From positions 170,624,001 to 170,688,000 of the forward strand of contig OZ024741.1 of the NCBI GenBank assembly GCA_964016885.1: 64,000 nucleotides of DNA, written 5' to 3'. Below, piece after piece: positions 48,301 to 61,798 of this stretch. The translations under genes and the position numbers were made by a program. Below the pieces are notes generated by a model that made no database searches, was not told the DNA's origin, and was given only the letters and a program-made list of their open reading frames with translations. The first letter of the stretch is position 1, and the number at the start of each line of letters is the position of its first letter. The stretch comes from Eledone cirrhosa (lineage: Eukaryota).

Positions 48301-50208
48301 AACTATGGACTTCCTCGGCCAGACCCCACTATTGTTGCCATACCAGAAATCAACACGGTTCTTATGGCAGAAACTGATTTCAATACACACCAACTGCAAG
48401 CAAACATAAATGAACTTCTGCCAACATTGAATCCTGAGCAACTGGTTATTTTTCACAAAGTAATCACCTATGTAAATGAAAATAAAGGCAGAATTCTCTG
48501 CTTGAATGCAAGTGCAGGTACAGGAAAGACCTATGTCATAAACATCCTATTGGATTACCTCCGATCTAAAAATATTTTGCACTTGCCACTGCCATATCTG
48601 GAATAGCAGCCACTTTGCTTCACAATGTTAGAACACTTCATTCCAAGTGCAAGATTCCTCTCAATGTTACTGCTGAATCAACTTGCTTCTTCACAAAGAG
48701 GGATGACACAGGTAAACTTATGCAGCAAGCTGACCTGCTAATCATTGATGAGATAGGTATGGGACATAAGCATATCTTTAAATGCCTTGACAGGAGCTTC
48801 AAAGATGTTCGATATTACAAAAAGCCATTTGGTGGTCTAACAGTATTACTATCTGGTGACTGGAAGCAAATTCTTCCAGTTGTACGTCATGGTGCTAGAC
48901 CACAAATAGTTGAGGCAACCACAAGAGATCCTATCTCTGGGACTATGTGGAAACCATGGAGATGACAACCAATAAACGGTTAATTAATGCAGAGGATTCT
49001 GATGAAAGACAGTTTGTAAACTACCTTCTTGCTGTGGGAAATGGTAACATTCCAACTGTTCCAACTGTAGGTACATTCACAATTCTTCTGCCAAATGAAC
49101 TTTGTCTGGAATATGGTAATGTGTCTGGACTGTGTGATTTTGTGTATATAAATCTTCCAGGAAACTACGCAAACCCACTATGGCTTGCAAATAGAGCCAT
49201 TATCACTCCATGAAATAATCTACAGAAGCTCTGATACAGTAGATAATGAACTCCAATATCCAATTGAGTTCATCAACAAACGTACGCCATCAGGCTTCCC
49301 ATCACATACTTAAACTGAAGAAAGGCAGTTGCATCATGCTTCTGAGAAATCTGGATCCTCTAAACGGAATTTGCAATGGTACACGCTACATCATCATCAG
49401 TTTACACAATCATGTAATTGAAGTTGAAGTGGCATTGGGTCCCAATGCTGGAACAAGGCTGCTAATCCCAAGGATACCTCGTGTATCTCAAGAGCTTGAG
49501 TTGCCTTTCACCTTTACTCGCAAGCAATTTCCTGTCAAACCAGCCTTTGCCCTTACATTCCACAAGGCACAAGGGCAGACATTTGAAAAGATAGGTGTAT
49601 ATCTACCAACACAATTCTTCTCATATGGTTAGATGTATGTTGCATTATCACGAGTTATAAGAAAAGGAAATATAAAAATATTAAATGAAAGGGGTCTGTT
49701 TGCTGACAACTGTGTCTACAAAGAAATGCTACAGTGATGTGAAAGAGCTATCACTCTCTTTTAGTTGAAATGCATTTCAGTTTCTTTTTAACTGCTAGAA
49801 AAGGGACACTACAAAAACTTGAGAAGTCTATAAGTGAATACAGTAAAACAACAATATAGCGAAGGTCAACTCTTCATATTGGTAAATGTAATTCATTCAT
49901 TCATACCAGCAGCATCGATTTTCAAATTCACTGCTTGAAGCTTCCCATTGACATTTTCAGGTGAAGATTCATGAACATTTAACGTCAACAGTTTCAACGC
50001 TTTTCCATCTCCATTATCGCCTTTTTTAAAAAAATGTATTATAGATTACTTTACTGATTACAGAAGTAAGTGTAACACAGTCTTTGTTCAGTTTATGTGC
50101 ATATTGTCAATTTACGTATCATATCTATGTGCATATATATTGGCGTATATCAATATGCACACTATATATGCTTGCAGAAAACCGCCCGACGGGTTGTTCT
50201 TCTGCTAG
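45330..50208 (+). mobile_element. Helitron, near full length, decayed; 5' end uncertain
   Basis: RepHel remnants plus a 3' hairpin-like AACCGCCCGACGGGTT (50180-50195) followed by CTAG|T at 50205-50209. Confidence 0.9.
45479..49737 (+). pseudogene. Helitron RepHel (zinc finger, HUH Rep, PIF1-like helicase) with many stops and frameshifts
   Basis: CPHCKAFRWPHE..CCFQGK; IRAYNNVFA; SYDPLHYVLLF; FITVTTNP; IEWQKQGLTDAHILL; KYLYKYITKG; AGTGKT; IIDEIGM; FGG..LSGDWKQILPV; QFPVKPAFALTFHKAQGQT. Confidence 0.93.
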
Positions 50209-51084
50209 TAGCAATATGTATTGACTCTCACACACATATCTAATATTCCTTCCCATCTCTCTCTCTCCCCCTCTGTCTCTTGCTCTCTCTTTCTCTCCCT
50301 GTCTCTTCCTCTCACTGTCTATCCCTTACATATACATACACGCGCACACAAAACAAACACGCACACACACACTCTCATAACCATATGTGCCAACTATCTT
50401 TCACAAGCACTTTTATATACTCTTTTACTCTTTTACGTGTTCCAGCCATGCTGAGGTCATGCTGGGGCACAGCCCATTCTTTCACAAAAAGCTTGGGTGG
50501 TAGATTTAATCACTAACCCTGCTTAACACTAACAGCCGAGACTTGATGGTTTCCACTTTGTTGCTTCCGTTCTGAACATGTTTCGGACGGAAGGAAAATT
50601 TATTTACTCCTTCTCAAAACTCTCGGAGACCCTGTAAATGGTTATGAGGCTTACACTACATCCTCTAAACAATTATATACAAGTATATTGAGCTATAACT
50701 TGTGATTAGAATTTCCTACCTTACTCTGTGTGCTTATGTATATATATATATGTGTGTGTGGGGGGGGGGGGTAAGCGCGTGCGCGTGTGTGTGTAGTACA
50801 AAAAGAAAACACAGCGACACAATAACAATAGTCTTATTAGCTTCACGCTTGAAAAGGGAAAAACGAAATTTCCACCTATCGGACGTAAATCTTTCATCGG
50901 GAGTAGGGAGAACACAAAAACAACTTTCAGGAAGTAGGATTTGAAGAAACACAACGTTGTGCTTCATAGATAGGAGATGGTATAAAAAAGAGGCATGTGA
51001 GTGTATGTGTTTTATTTAATTATATTTTGTGGGGATGTGTTGAGAGATCATAGCTCCGACACTATGGGCGTGCGGTTAAAATAT

Positions 51085-51310
51085 CTCAGGAAAAATTGCT
51101 TGACAGATTTTACAAGCAAAACCAACCGACAGGAGACTCAGTGGTAAACCCAGAGCAAGATGGTTGGATAACATAAATGACCACAGCTGTTCTCGCTTGG
51201 GGCCCAGCTGGATCAATTGGAAACAGTTGCATCTAACAGGACTCTCTGCGAGGAGTGTTTTAAGGTTCTGCCCTAGGACACACAACCAGGAATAAGTGGG
51301 AGATGAATAA
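51085..51310 (+). mobile_element. RTE-clade LINE 3' fragment
   Basis: Manual translation QILQAKPTDRRLSGKPRARWLDNI resembles the RTE C-terminal G.R..GRPR.RW.D motif. Confidence 0.55.
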
Positions 51311-51392
51311 GAAACTACTATTTTAGTTGTTACTACCACCACACCACCAGGGAAGAGAGAGAGAGAAAGAGATTAACGAAAATATGAATTTG

Positions 51393-51424
<32 letters not shown>

Positions 51425-51691
51425 GTTTTCTAATATCGTCTTCTAATTAATATATACCTTAACTTTATTATTTACTAATTATCATATATCCTGTATCATG
51501 AAGAAGTCAACATTTTTATCAACTGAAACCGGTACTATAAATCGTTTAAAAAAAATGTTATTGTGTTAATCTATGAGAAAATCCTGTTAATATTTTCTAT
51601 TTTATTTTTTCTTATTTTTCTTATATATATATATACATAAATACACACACACACACACAAACACACACATATATGTATATATATATATATA

Positions 51692-51890
51692 TAACGAAGG
51701 AAATGTGGTAAGGAACCAGATGGACCATAACGCGCACCAAAGTACTCAATACTTAGGGTAGTAGAGTGTGTAATAGGAACAAGTATCACCCCGACGGCAG
51801 ATCTCAAGCCGTTTCGACGGCTAATTCTGGACTCCAGAATTAGCCGTCGAAACGGCTTGAGCTCTGCCGTCGGGGTCATACTTGTCCCTA
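51692..51890 (-). mobile_element. Second copy of the palindromic element (dyad 51774-51890, centre 51832)
   Basis: Reverse-complement homology to 39801-39990; TA repeats on both sides. Confidence 0.85.
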
Positions 51891-51904
51891 TATATATATA
51901 TATA

Positions 51905-52190
51905 TACTGTTATACTTGGGGAGGGTCATTATTGTTGTAATAATATCGCCAGAAATAATAACAGAACACTCACTGTTTGGTAGGTTTTCGCTTCTGTATC
52001 TTTTATACCTCCACAGTTAATTCATTCGGCCCTGAATGTTTACCATTGATTGACAAACGGTCAAAAATACAGATATAAACACATATATATATATAGTCTA
52101 ACAAAGTTCTTTCGTTGCACATCTGCAACATCATCAGTGGTACTATTATGTTCCTCCTGTTGTATTGTATATCTACGCCATCTTTATTTT
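51905..52190 (-). mobile_element. Non-coding PLE pLTR-like repeat; homologous pieces at about 33700-33810 and 34010-34190
   Basis: Ends in ATGACCCTCCC.AAGTATAACA like the 1188-1482/61290 family and carries a hammerhead motif. Confidence 0.7.
52101..52140 (-). ncRNA. Type I hammerhead motif
   Basis: CCA CUGAUGA U GUUGCA-GAUG-UGCAAC GAAA GAAC UU UGU; stem II covaries with the copy at 33763. Confidence 0.75.
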
Positions 52191-52233
52191 ATCTGTTTAT
52201 TTATTTATTTTTGTCTTCTTCTCTGCGCATATA

Positions 52234-52928
52234 TATAAGCCTAAAGGTGAAAGATGGGCGATGGTAAATGCTTTCGAAGCTATATAAGTCTCAGGAATAA
52301 GATACCTTTAATGCGGGCTATAAGTTAATCTCCAGAAGGTTGCTGAATCTTTTTGAAATACAAGACACATTTCTATCATATCACATGCAAACACCATTAA
52401 AAATGTAGAAAAACCTATGGTTAATTTGGCTAGTCCTAAATATATTATATGTGAAAAACATGATTGGATGGTTATGGCTGGAATGTCTTTGATTTCATAA
52501 ACAAATTCTGCTACAACGACAACGACAAAAATGGTCTTATGTACTATTGTTGACCTATATATATATACATACAGAGAGAAAGAGATAAAGATAGAGATGG
52601 AGAGAGGGAGAAAGAGAGAGAGGGGAGGGGAGAGAGAGTGCTAGGTCAACAATAGAACATAAGACCATTTTTGTCGTTGTCGTTGTAGCAGAATTTGTTT
52701 ATGAAATCAAACCCATAACCATCCAATCATGTTTTTCACATATAATATATTTAGGACTAGCCAAATTAACCAATAGGTTTTTTCTACATTTTTAATGTGA
52801 TATGATAGAGATTTGTCTTGTCCTTCTGGAGATTAACTTATAGCCCGCATTAAAGGTATCTTATTCCTGAGACTTATATAGCTTCGGAAAGCAATTACGA
52901 TCGCCCATCTTTCTCCCTTAGGCTTATA
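52234..52928. repeat. Long inverted repeat (52234-52557 and 52641-52928) around a TA/GA spacer
   Basis: Arms are reverse complements with a few indels. Confidence 0.88.
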
Positions 52929-53814
52929 AGAATCAACAAAGGCGACCAATTGTCAGACTCGGTAGAACGCTGGACTAAATGTTTTGCGTTATGTGTTTTG
53001 GTTCACTGTGCTCCGAGTTCAAATCCTATCATGGCCAACATTGCCTTTCTACCTTTCGCATTGTTTAAATAAAATGACCGAGCCTTCAACTGACGGGATT
53101 ATTTGAGCATCGGACAAAATGTCTTTGCGTTCTGAGTTGAAATCCTAGCATAGTTTACTTGGGTGGTAGACTTGATCCCCAGCCTAATTAATGCCACCGC
53201 CTAGCCTTTGTGGCACTTTAGCGCTGTCCAAACAGTTGTAAACATTTACACAAGGTTTTCGTTTTGAGGATACCTTCTTCCGTACTATCCTGCTTGCCTT
53301 GATGTCTTTAAAAAGTATCATGGGCATGACGATAAAAATCTAATCCTTATAACTTAATCTAGTACGACCTAGAAAATAAAAAAAAAGTATATCTGTTCCT
53401 TTCGGGGTAAAATAATAAGGAACCAGAAAATAAATAATTAAAATCACCGAAGCTATTCTTTCAGGCCAGTTTAATCATTAGAAGCTCCTACAAGCTAACA
53501 AATACGTCACTATACTGTCGCTAAACCTGCTATGAACAGGAAACGATACGTTACATTATGCGCACACGTCGGTCAGGCCCGACTGACAGCACTTCCATGC
53601 TTGGCAAAGCTCCTCGGTAGCACTGCCAGACCAGGGATCTCTGGACGTTATCCATGGGCTCTGAACCAAAAAAGAGTGGCTAGTTGATTTTCGTCAATGT
53701 CATCGCGCTCTCATCCTGCACTAAACATTTATAGAACGCCGAGGTGGAGTTTCCACCGATCGTACTGCCCGATTTGCTGAGGGCTGTATAGGATCAAGCG
53801 TGTGATCCTATATA

Positions 53815-54000
53815 TAATTGTTTCTACATTTGGCACAAGGCGAACAATTAACCAGTGAATTACTGGTACTTTATTTTATCGACCTCGTAAGGATGAAAGG
53901 CAAAGTTAACCTCGATGGGATTGGAACTCAGACCGTAAAGGGACGTAACTATGCTGGAAAGCCTGGCGTCCGACCCTCTGCCGATACTGCCATTTCACCC
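53815..54000 (-). mobile_element. SINE copy
   Basis: Reverse complement of the SINE consensus. Confidence 0.85.
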
Positions 54001-54218
54001 TATATATAATAACAACTATTTATAAGGTAGAACAGAACGAGATAGCACTGGCCTTACTTAGGTAGACAGCATTAGACAAAGTAATCAAAGATGACCGAAG
54101 TTCACGTAAAAGTCGGGATGATCTGGAACACGTCTGATCATAGAAGATTTTATCGACAAGGCTCGCCGCTAAACAACATCACCACCACCACCACTGCCGC
54201 CAAAAACAACAATAAAAA

Positions 54219-54239
54219 TTACTACTACTACTACAACTG

Positions 54240-54296
<57 letters not shown>
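54219..54296. repeat. (TAC)n microsatellite
   Basis: Seen directly. Confidence 0.95.
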
Positions 54297-55425
54297 TGTA
54301 CGAAATTCTCCGCAAATCATAAATTAGAATTATTTCGAACCACTACTATTTAGTATTTGGGAGCTACTATTTAGTGGTCGGACATGCTAGAAATAGTAGC
54401 CACGTTATCCTCAAACCACAACGCATGATCTCAAAAGAAAAAAGAAACTATATATATATACATACAAGTTTATATACAATGTGGATGATTTGATTATACG
54501 AATCCTTTACATAATTACAAAATTAAAAAAACGAGCTAAATAAAAAAAACAATGTAATTACTCCTATCTTGACAAGAACCAAAGAAGAATTAAATGCATA
54601 TAAGTAAAGAATTACATAATTGGTACGGAGTAGTCATTATTTCTTTCCCTTCTCCTTCCCGTTCCCCTAAACTTAGAAAACGTATACACACACACACACA
54701 CACACACGCACACACATATATATAAATATATGTATATAAATATAAATATATATGTATATATATATATACATACATACATATGCACATACACACACACACA
54801 TATATATATATTCATACGTGCTTCCATTTCAGATAGCAGTTAAAACTAAATGGAGAATGATTTGCATCTATGAAGCTCAATAGGTGAACGACAAGCCCAA
54901 GTAGACTTATCCCTTTATTTTTACCTTCCAAAATCACTAAAGTAAACATTACTACCCTTGCTCAGAATTCAATGATGAGAAGCAGATTTAAAATTGAAGA
55001 AAAAAATAAACTGATAAATAAATAAGAACGTTAATTATACTAAACACTTAAAGACTATATTTAGCACAGTAAATGTGGATATGCTAAAGAAATATGCGCA
55101 ATCGAGTGCAATCAAGTTTAATTAGGTGCAATCAAGTGCATCTAAGTCGTCATATATCTCTTATCCAAACAACAAAGAGTTAATCAATTACTGAACGCTA
55201 TTAAAGTCTCTATAGAATCTGGTGTTGAACTGACAAAGTCAGTGGAACAACGGCAATGCTGTGTCTGGTATTGTACTGCATTGCTTTGGGTATAAACCTT
55301 TCTATTTGTGATCGCTTTTTAACTTTATAGGAACATATATTGGGCTGTTATTTTTATTGTTTAGGGCCAGGTTAAACCTGTTTCGTACTACGATGAAAAA
55401 AGTATTCCAGCCGTGAGCATCTACA

Positions 55426-55520
55426 CAAGAGGTTCTCAAAGTGGGCGCTACTATCCCACGGGAGCGTCGAGAGGTTCAGGGGGCACTGGGGCCGAAGGGA
55501 CTATGGGAGTGGTAGAGATG
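55426..55520 (+). mobile_element. Possible hAT/Charlie-type non-autonomous transposon end
   Basis: AGAGGTTCTCAAAGTGGG resembles CAG.GGTTCTCAAAGTG termini; no partner TIR found. Confidence 0.3.
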
Positions 55521-55911
55521 ATGCAATCGTATATTAAATATCAAATGACACACTATGTATAAATAGAAAAAAAAGAAGAAAAACATGATATTTATTTATA
55601 GATAGTATATATTGTAATATTTATCTGAATAAAATTAACGATTTTATTTTGTGTATTTTTTTTACAATTCGCTGATTCGGCTACCAACCGAGTCCATCGT
55701 GAAGATTGCACCATCGCCTTCTTTTGGTCGGGAATGACAGGCAGTTTCCCTCTGTCTGGTGGCCGTAGTGAAAGAGGTTGTATAGAGGACGAGGTAGATA
55801 GGACTTATACGCTTTGTTATTGGACTATTTTCTGTAGTTAATCGTACGATAAAAGCTATTAATTTGATTCAATTTTCAAATTTCAGTCACCCGCTTCTAA
55901 TTACATGTGAA

Positions 55912-55977
<66 letters not shown>

Positions 55978-55993
55978 TAAAATAACAGATTAA

Positions 55994-56044
55994 AGTTTAA
56001 GCAAAGAATCGCTGCTTTCAGCTTTAACCGGATCTTCTGAAACT
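55994..56044 (-). ncRNA. Hammerhead-like motif, variant core CAGAAGA
   Basis: AGUUU CAGAAGA UCCGGUUAAAGCU GAAA GCA..UGC UU AAACU; stem II is weak. Confidence 0.55.
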
Positions 56045-56100
56045 AAAAAAAGTCAATCTGTGAACGCAGAAGTAAATATTTCAAAAAACGTTGCAACCGG

Positions 56101-56799
56101 ATGAAGACAAGATCCCGACGCATTATATGGTATAACCCACCATATAATATGGAGGTAGCCACACCATTAGCTAAGATCTTTCTCTCCCTTATTATGAAGC
56201 ATTTTCCCCCAACACATAACTATAGTAAAATTTTTAATAGAAATACCATTAAAATTTCTTACTCTACGACTCCTAACCTTGCACATAACATCACAGCTTC
56301 AAATTTAGCTAAACTACCTAGCCGTAGGAACACGTGCAACCCCGTAGATAGTACTAACTGTAATTGTAGGAATCGGGTTGACTGTCCCCTATCCGGGAAA
56401 TGCCTCTCTAGTAACATTGTCTACAAATGTAAGCTTGAAACACCCACGTCCCGTAGGGCCTACATAGGGTTAACCGCCAATAGATTCAACCAGCGTCTTT
56501 ACATGCATACCCATTCTTTTCTTAACCCTTTAAGATGGAATATGACGTCACTTTCAGCTTATATCTTGAGTCTAAAAGACAACCACACCCAATATAAGTT
56601 ACACTGGAAGATCCTAGATAGGGCTAGATCGTATAACGGAAATAAAAGACCGTATGACCTCTGCGCCGCTGAAGCCCTCGAAATACTCTACGCCAAAGTC
56701 CACATCTTAAACAAAAAACCTGAGGCAATTTCGTCTTGTAAACATAAATTGCACAAAACTTTCCTGTGTTACAGCCACACATTATACCCTAACGGATAG
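56101..56799 (+). pseudogene. PLE C-terminus: RT thumb/linker with Cys cluster and GIY-YIG endonuclease (Neptune-like)
   Basis: IIWYNPPY, KIFNRNTIKISYS, CNCRNRVDCPLSGKC, NIVYKC..AYIGLT..F.QR..H, LNK..E..SC.H; RT core absent. Confidence 0.85.
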
Positions 56800-57190
56800 T
56801 ACGAACTATACGAGGATATTTTACGTCTTGATGTGGTAGCTAAGTATATGTTATGTTTATACCATTACTTATTTGTATAGGTAAGTATATTTTAGTTGTA
56901 TGTTTTGTGAAGGTACGTATACTTTCTCATGCGTATATTTGATTATATATGTTCTGGCGTATATATTATATATTCTGGTACATATGCATTTGGTTATGTG
57001 TATACGCGAGTTTTGCGTCTGTGTGAGTATGCGGGTTCGTACGTATGTAGGGTGTGTGTATATGTGTACTTTGTGTCTTAATTGACGTACGTCTCCGAAC
57101 ATACGTGTATTTATATGTAGGTACGTGTGTGCGCGCGATATATACGAATTTATTTATTTATATACGTTTATCTAATTATATGTATATACG

Positions 57191-57229
<39 letters not shown>

Positions 57230-57694
57230 TTATATATATTTTTATGTGTATTTGGTGTATACATTCGTATGTGTGCGAGTACAGGCGTTGCGTGGGTTCT
57301 GTATGTGCGTGCGGGTTTTTTTGTGTACGTGCTTGTATTTGTATACCTATGGCGAGTGTTTTCGCGTATGCTTGTGTATGTACGTATATAGTTGCGTGTA
57401 TGTATTTATTTAATTGCAATTACCTCTGTATTTATTTACTTTATTTTTAACTCTGAAGCCGAGAATCATTCTGTTTCCTAGTTAGAATTTTAGTCTACGA
57501 CTTCAGTTATACCCTTTACGTGGTTTTGCCTTGCGTGCAATTGTTCTTCCGCTCCACATAATGATGTATTATCTTCATTTTTTCCGTTCATTACCAGAGA
57601 ACGTCTCCATGAACCAAAGTGTCGTCTTCCTGTCTTACTCCGGTTGCCACGTTTTTTCAAATATTTATTTCTACGTTCACAGATTGACTTTTTT

Positions 57695-57745
57695 AGTTTC
57701 AGAAGATCCTCTTAAATGTGAAAGCAGCGATTCTTTGCTTAAACT
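57695..57745 (+). ncRNA. Hammerhead-like motif, variant core CAGAAGA
   Basis: AGUUU CAGAAGA UCCUCUUAAAUGU GAAA GCA-GCGAUUCUU-UGC UU AAACU. Confidence 0.55.
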
Positions 57746-57864
57746 TTAATCTGTTATTTTAATAAATATTTGCTCTACGGTTCTTATATATTTATATATT
57801 TTATATATATATTTATCCTTATCGAGCATTCTTTGGATTTTAGTCTTCAAATATATTATTATCG

Positions 57865-58180
<316 letters not shown>

Positions 58181-58208
58181 CGGGTGTGTATGATTGTGTA
58201 TATAAGAT

Positions 58209-58573
58209 TATATTAATAAAAGGAATTCCAACTTTGTCTGAATTACCCGATTTATTTACAATCCTTTAACATATATAATGGTATTAGAATGAAATAGTAT
58301 GGTAGAATATTAAATCTTATGTGTTAATTGAACAAGTACTTTCATGCTTTCGCAATCTTCAGGTTCACATTCTGTGGTCACGGTCAAGTTTGTATTTTTG
58401 TCACCACAGAATGTGAACCTGAAAATTGCGAAAGCATGATAGTACTTGTTCAATTAACACTTTAACATTTAATATTCTACCATACTATTTCATTCTAATG
58501 CTATCATATATTTTAAAGTTTCGTAAATAAAACGAGTAAATTAGACAAAGTTGGAATTCGTTTTATTAATATA
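58209..58573. repeat. Fold-back element, about 170-bp arms, each with a hammerhead motif
   Basis: 58209-58380 and 58400-58573 are reverse complements. Confidence 0.88.
58329..58367 (-). ncRNA. Minimal type I hammerhead motif; mutated partner at 58414-58452 (+)
   Basis: UGAAC CUGAAGA U UGC-GAAA-GCA U GAAA GUAC UU GUUCA; palindromic AAGUACUU stem III. Confidence 0.7.
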
Positions 58574-58647
58574 TATATATATATATATATGGCGTTGTTA
58601 TTTGTATATATATATATGCATGTATATGTATGTATGTGTGCGTGTAC

Positions 58648-58757
<110 letters not shown>

Positions 58758-59100
58758 TTAACTTTGCCTTTCATCCTTACGGGGTCGATAAAATAAAGTA
58801 CCAGTAATGCACTGGGTAATTTGCTGGCCAAAAGTAGAAACAATTATAATATAAAGACTTGAGATTATCTAATCATTATATCTTTTGACAAAACGATAAG
58901 AATAGACACGTCAGGTATTCATCACACCAGGAAACCTTATCTAGTTTTCATAATTAGTTAAATGTGAGGATTTGAAATATATGTCAACTGTTCCATGTCA
59001 GTACGATTTGCATGTATGGTTGTGCGGTTATCAAGTTTCCTTCATCACTAAATGATTCCGAGATCGTTTACACATCGCGACACACACACGCACACAGGCG

Positions 59101-59211
<111 letters not shown>

Positions 59212-59342
59212 GCAAAAGTTCTATTTAAAATTGTTGGAATACAACAAATAAATATTTTATAATTGATATAAAGCACTCGACAAGTTTTTGGAGTAGATAT
59301 ACGATATTAAATAAATGGAAACTATATTTATAAAACCATATT

Positions 59343-59407
59343 TATTTCATTATACATATTTCAGGGATACCAAATTAAAATATGGTATGCCTTCATCAGA
59401 CAAAATA
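59343..59407 (-). ncRNA. Type I hammerhead motif (40587/44931 family)
   Basis: UAUUUUGU CUGAUGA AGGCAUACCA..UGGUAUCCCU GAAA UAUGUA UA AUGAAAUA. Confidence 0.72.
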
Positions 59408-60511
59408 CAATATATAAACAGTTTTATAAATAATTTTGACGTACCCTATTAGATGCAACCATTATTTTTGGAAGCTGTCTGGATAGTGAGATGTTTATAA
59501 TTATTTTATTAGTTATAGTGTTAAGCACAGTTAGAAAAAGACGGAGAGAAAGAAAAAAACGGAGAGAGAGAAGGAGAGAGAAAAAGAAGGAGAGAGAGAA
59601 AAGGAAGACCTGGAGAAATACTGGAGAGAGAAATGTATGTAGAAAAGAAAGATATAAATAGATAGGAGGAAATAAAAAAGAAAGAAAAAAGGAAGAAATA
59701 AGAAAAACAAAAGAAAGCAACAGAGAGATAATAATTCATCATACAGATAGAAAAACTCAAGAGAGAGGAAATACTATATAGAGAGGGGGATATAGTGACA
59801 ACTTTACGTCATGTCATATTAAGTTGAGTTAACAATTTATATGAAATGAATAATAAATATCAATATTCATGAATGGGACATAGATATATAATATGAGAAA
59901 ATAACATTGTTCAATAATGACCATATGTTTAGTTTAAAAACTTGAGGTCAATATACCAAAATCTGAGTTAAAACCTTAAAAAAATACCCTATTTATAAAA
60001 ATCAGGATACAAATATGTATATATATATAAACACATATGTACGTCCTGAAAAAAGAAATTATGTCTACTCAAGTCAATAATATAGACACACAAATGATTT
60101 CACTTTATCACTGCTATACATTTCTTGTGTTATAAAAATGTCACAGTATATATACATAAAAATACGATTAATATTCATCAATATATTAATATAGAAATAT
60201 CAAAGCATTAAATATCTTTAAAACACTATAGAGTATCTCAAGTTAAAATAATATGTTTTATATATTTATTATAGAAATTTATCCTACCTATATCTCAAAC
60301 AAGATATTGCAAGGGTAGACATATGAAAGTTATTAGAAGCTATCAGAGTCAAAACAAATAAAAAAATAAAAAAAATAAATAAATAAAAATAATTTAAAAG
60401 ATTTAGAAGACCCAGTGATTCTACGGATACCCTTATATTTAGTATAGAAATTTATCTTACGTATATTTTATTTAATACATTGGGAGCATATACATTTTAG
60501 AGTAGTACATA

Positions 60512-60781
60512 GTGTACATAGGTGAGACAGCTCGTAGTATAGGGGAACGAATAAATGAACACTGGCGAGACCTCCAAGATAATAAAGAATCATCTGTGCT
60601 CTACCAACATGCTAAGATAGAACACAGGGGTAGACTAGAGAACATAGAAATAAAAATAGAATCCACACACAGAAAAGACGCAATGTTTAGGCAAATTACA
60701 GAGGCAGTAAGCATAAAAGAATTAAAACCAAAATTAAATAGAAAATATGAGTGGAACAGCAACATCACAACTTACAATTAA
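60512..60781 (+). pseudogene. PLE GIY-YIG endonuclease fragment (Naiad-like motif pattern)
   Basis: YIGETARSIGERINEH..SVLYQHAKIEH..RQITEAVSI..LNRKYEW; followed by a pLTR-like repeat with a hammerhead. Confidence 0.8.
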
Positions 60782-60912
60782 GGCCAAAATGAAAACACAC
60801 ACAGGACAAAATGAAAACACACACACACATAGAACAAACAACTTACAATTAAGGACAAAATGAAAACACACACAGGACAAAATGAAAACACACACACACA
60901 TAGAACAAACAA
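60768..60912. repeat. Two tandem copies of an approximately 72-bp unit in the PLE 3' region
   Basis: CAACTTACAATTAAGG.CAAAATGAAAACACACACAGGAC... occurs twice. Confidence 0.85.
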
Positions 60913-61083
60913 CCAACCAACAATAAATAAATAAATAAATAAACAAATAGATAAATGAACACAAACACACACAGACACCCGGATGTGGCGCATGCGCAAA
61001 CTGAGCACACAACACACACACAGAAACAAAATGGTGTAGGATAGAAGAAAGGAAAGGCACAGAAACAAAGGAAAGGAATCCCC

Positions 61084-61128
61084 AGTCACTGAAGAGGTCA
61101 CAGAGTGTGTGACGAAAGGACTATGACT
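61084..61128 (+). ncRNA. Type I hammerhead motif in the PLE 3' pLTR
   Basis: AGUCA CUGAAGA G GUCACA-GAGUG-UGUGAC GAAA GGAC UA UGACU. Confidence 0.82.
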
Positions 61129-61301
61129 ATATATAAACAACTATCTGGTTGTGGAACCAACCAACCAGAAATTTATAAGTTTGTAAATTTGTAAATTTAT
61201 AAATTTATAAATATATAATAAATTGAAGTGAAAGCAACTGGTGCGTGTGTTTCTTATTGGCAACATGACCCTCCCAAAGTATAACAATATATATGTGTGT
61301 G

Positions 61302-61798
<497 letters not shown>

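Larger units (their letters stand above)
55971..57768 (+). mobile_element. 5'-truncated Penelope-like element with inverted pLTR ends
   Basis: About 55971-56120 is the reverse complement of about 57620-57768; encloses a GIY-YIG ORF; sits next to (TA)n. Confidence 0.88.

Noticed and set aside
51490-51540. ATGAAGA..GAAACCGGTA hammerhead-like string
   Set aside because: Core lacks CUGA and stems I and II barely pair
53200-53810. GC-richer stretch as a LINE fragment
   Set aside because: Only faint motif resemblance; cannot support a call
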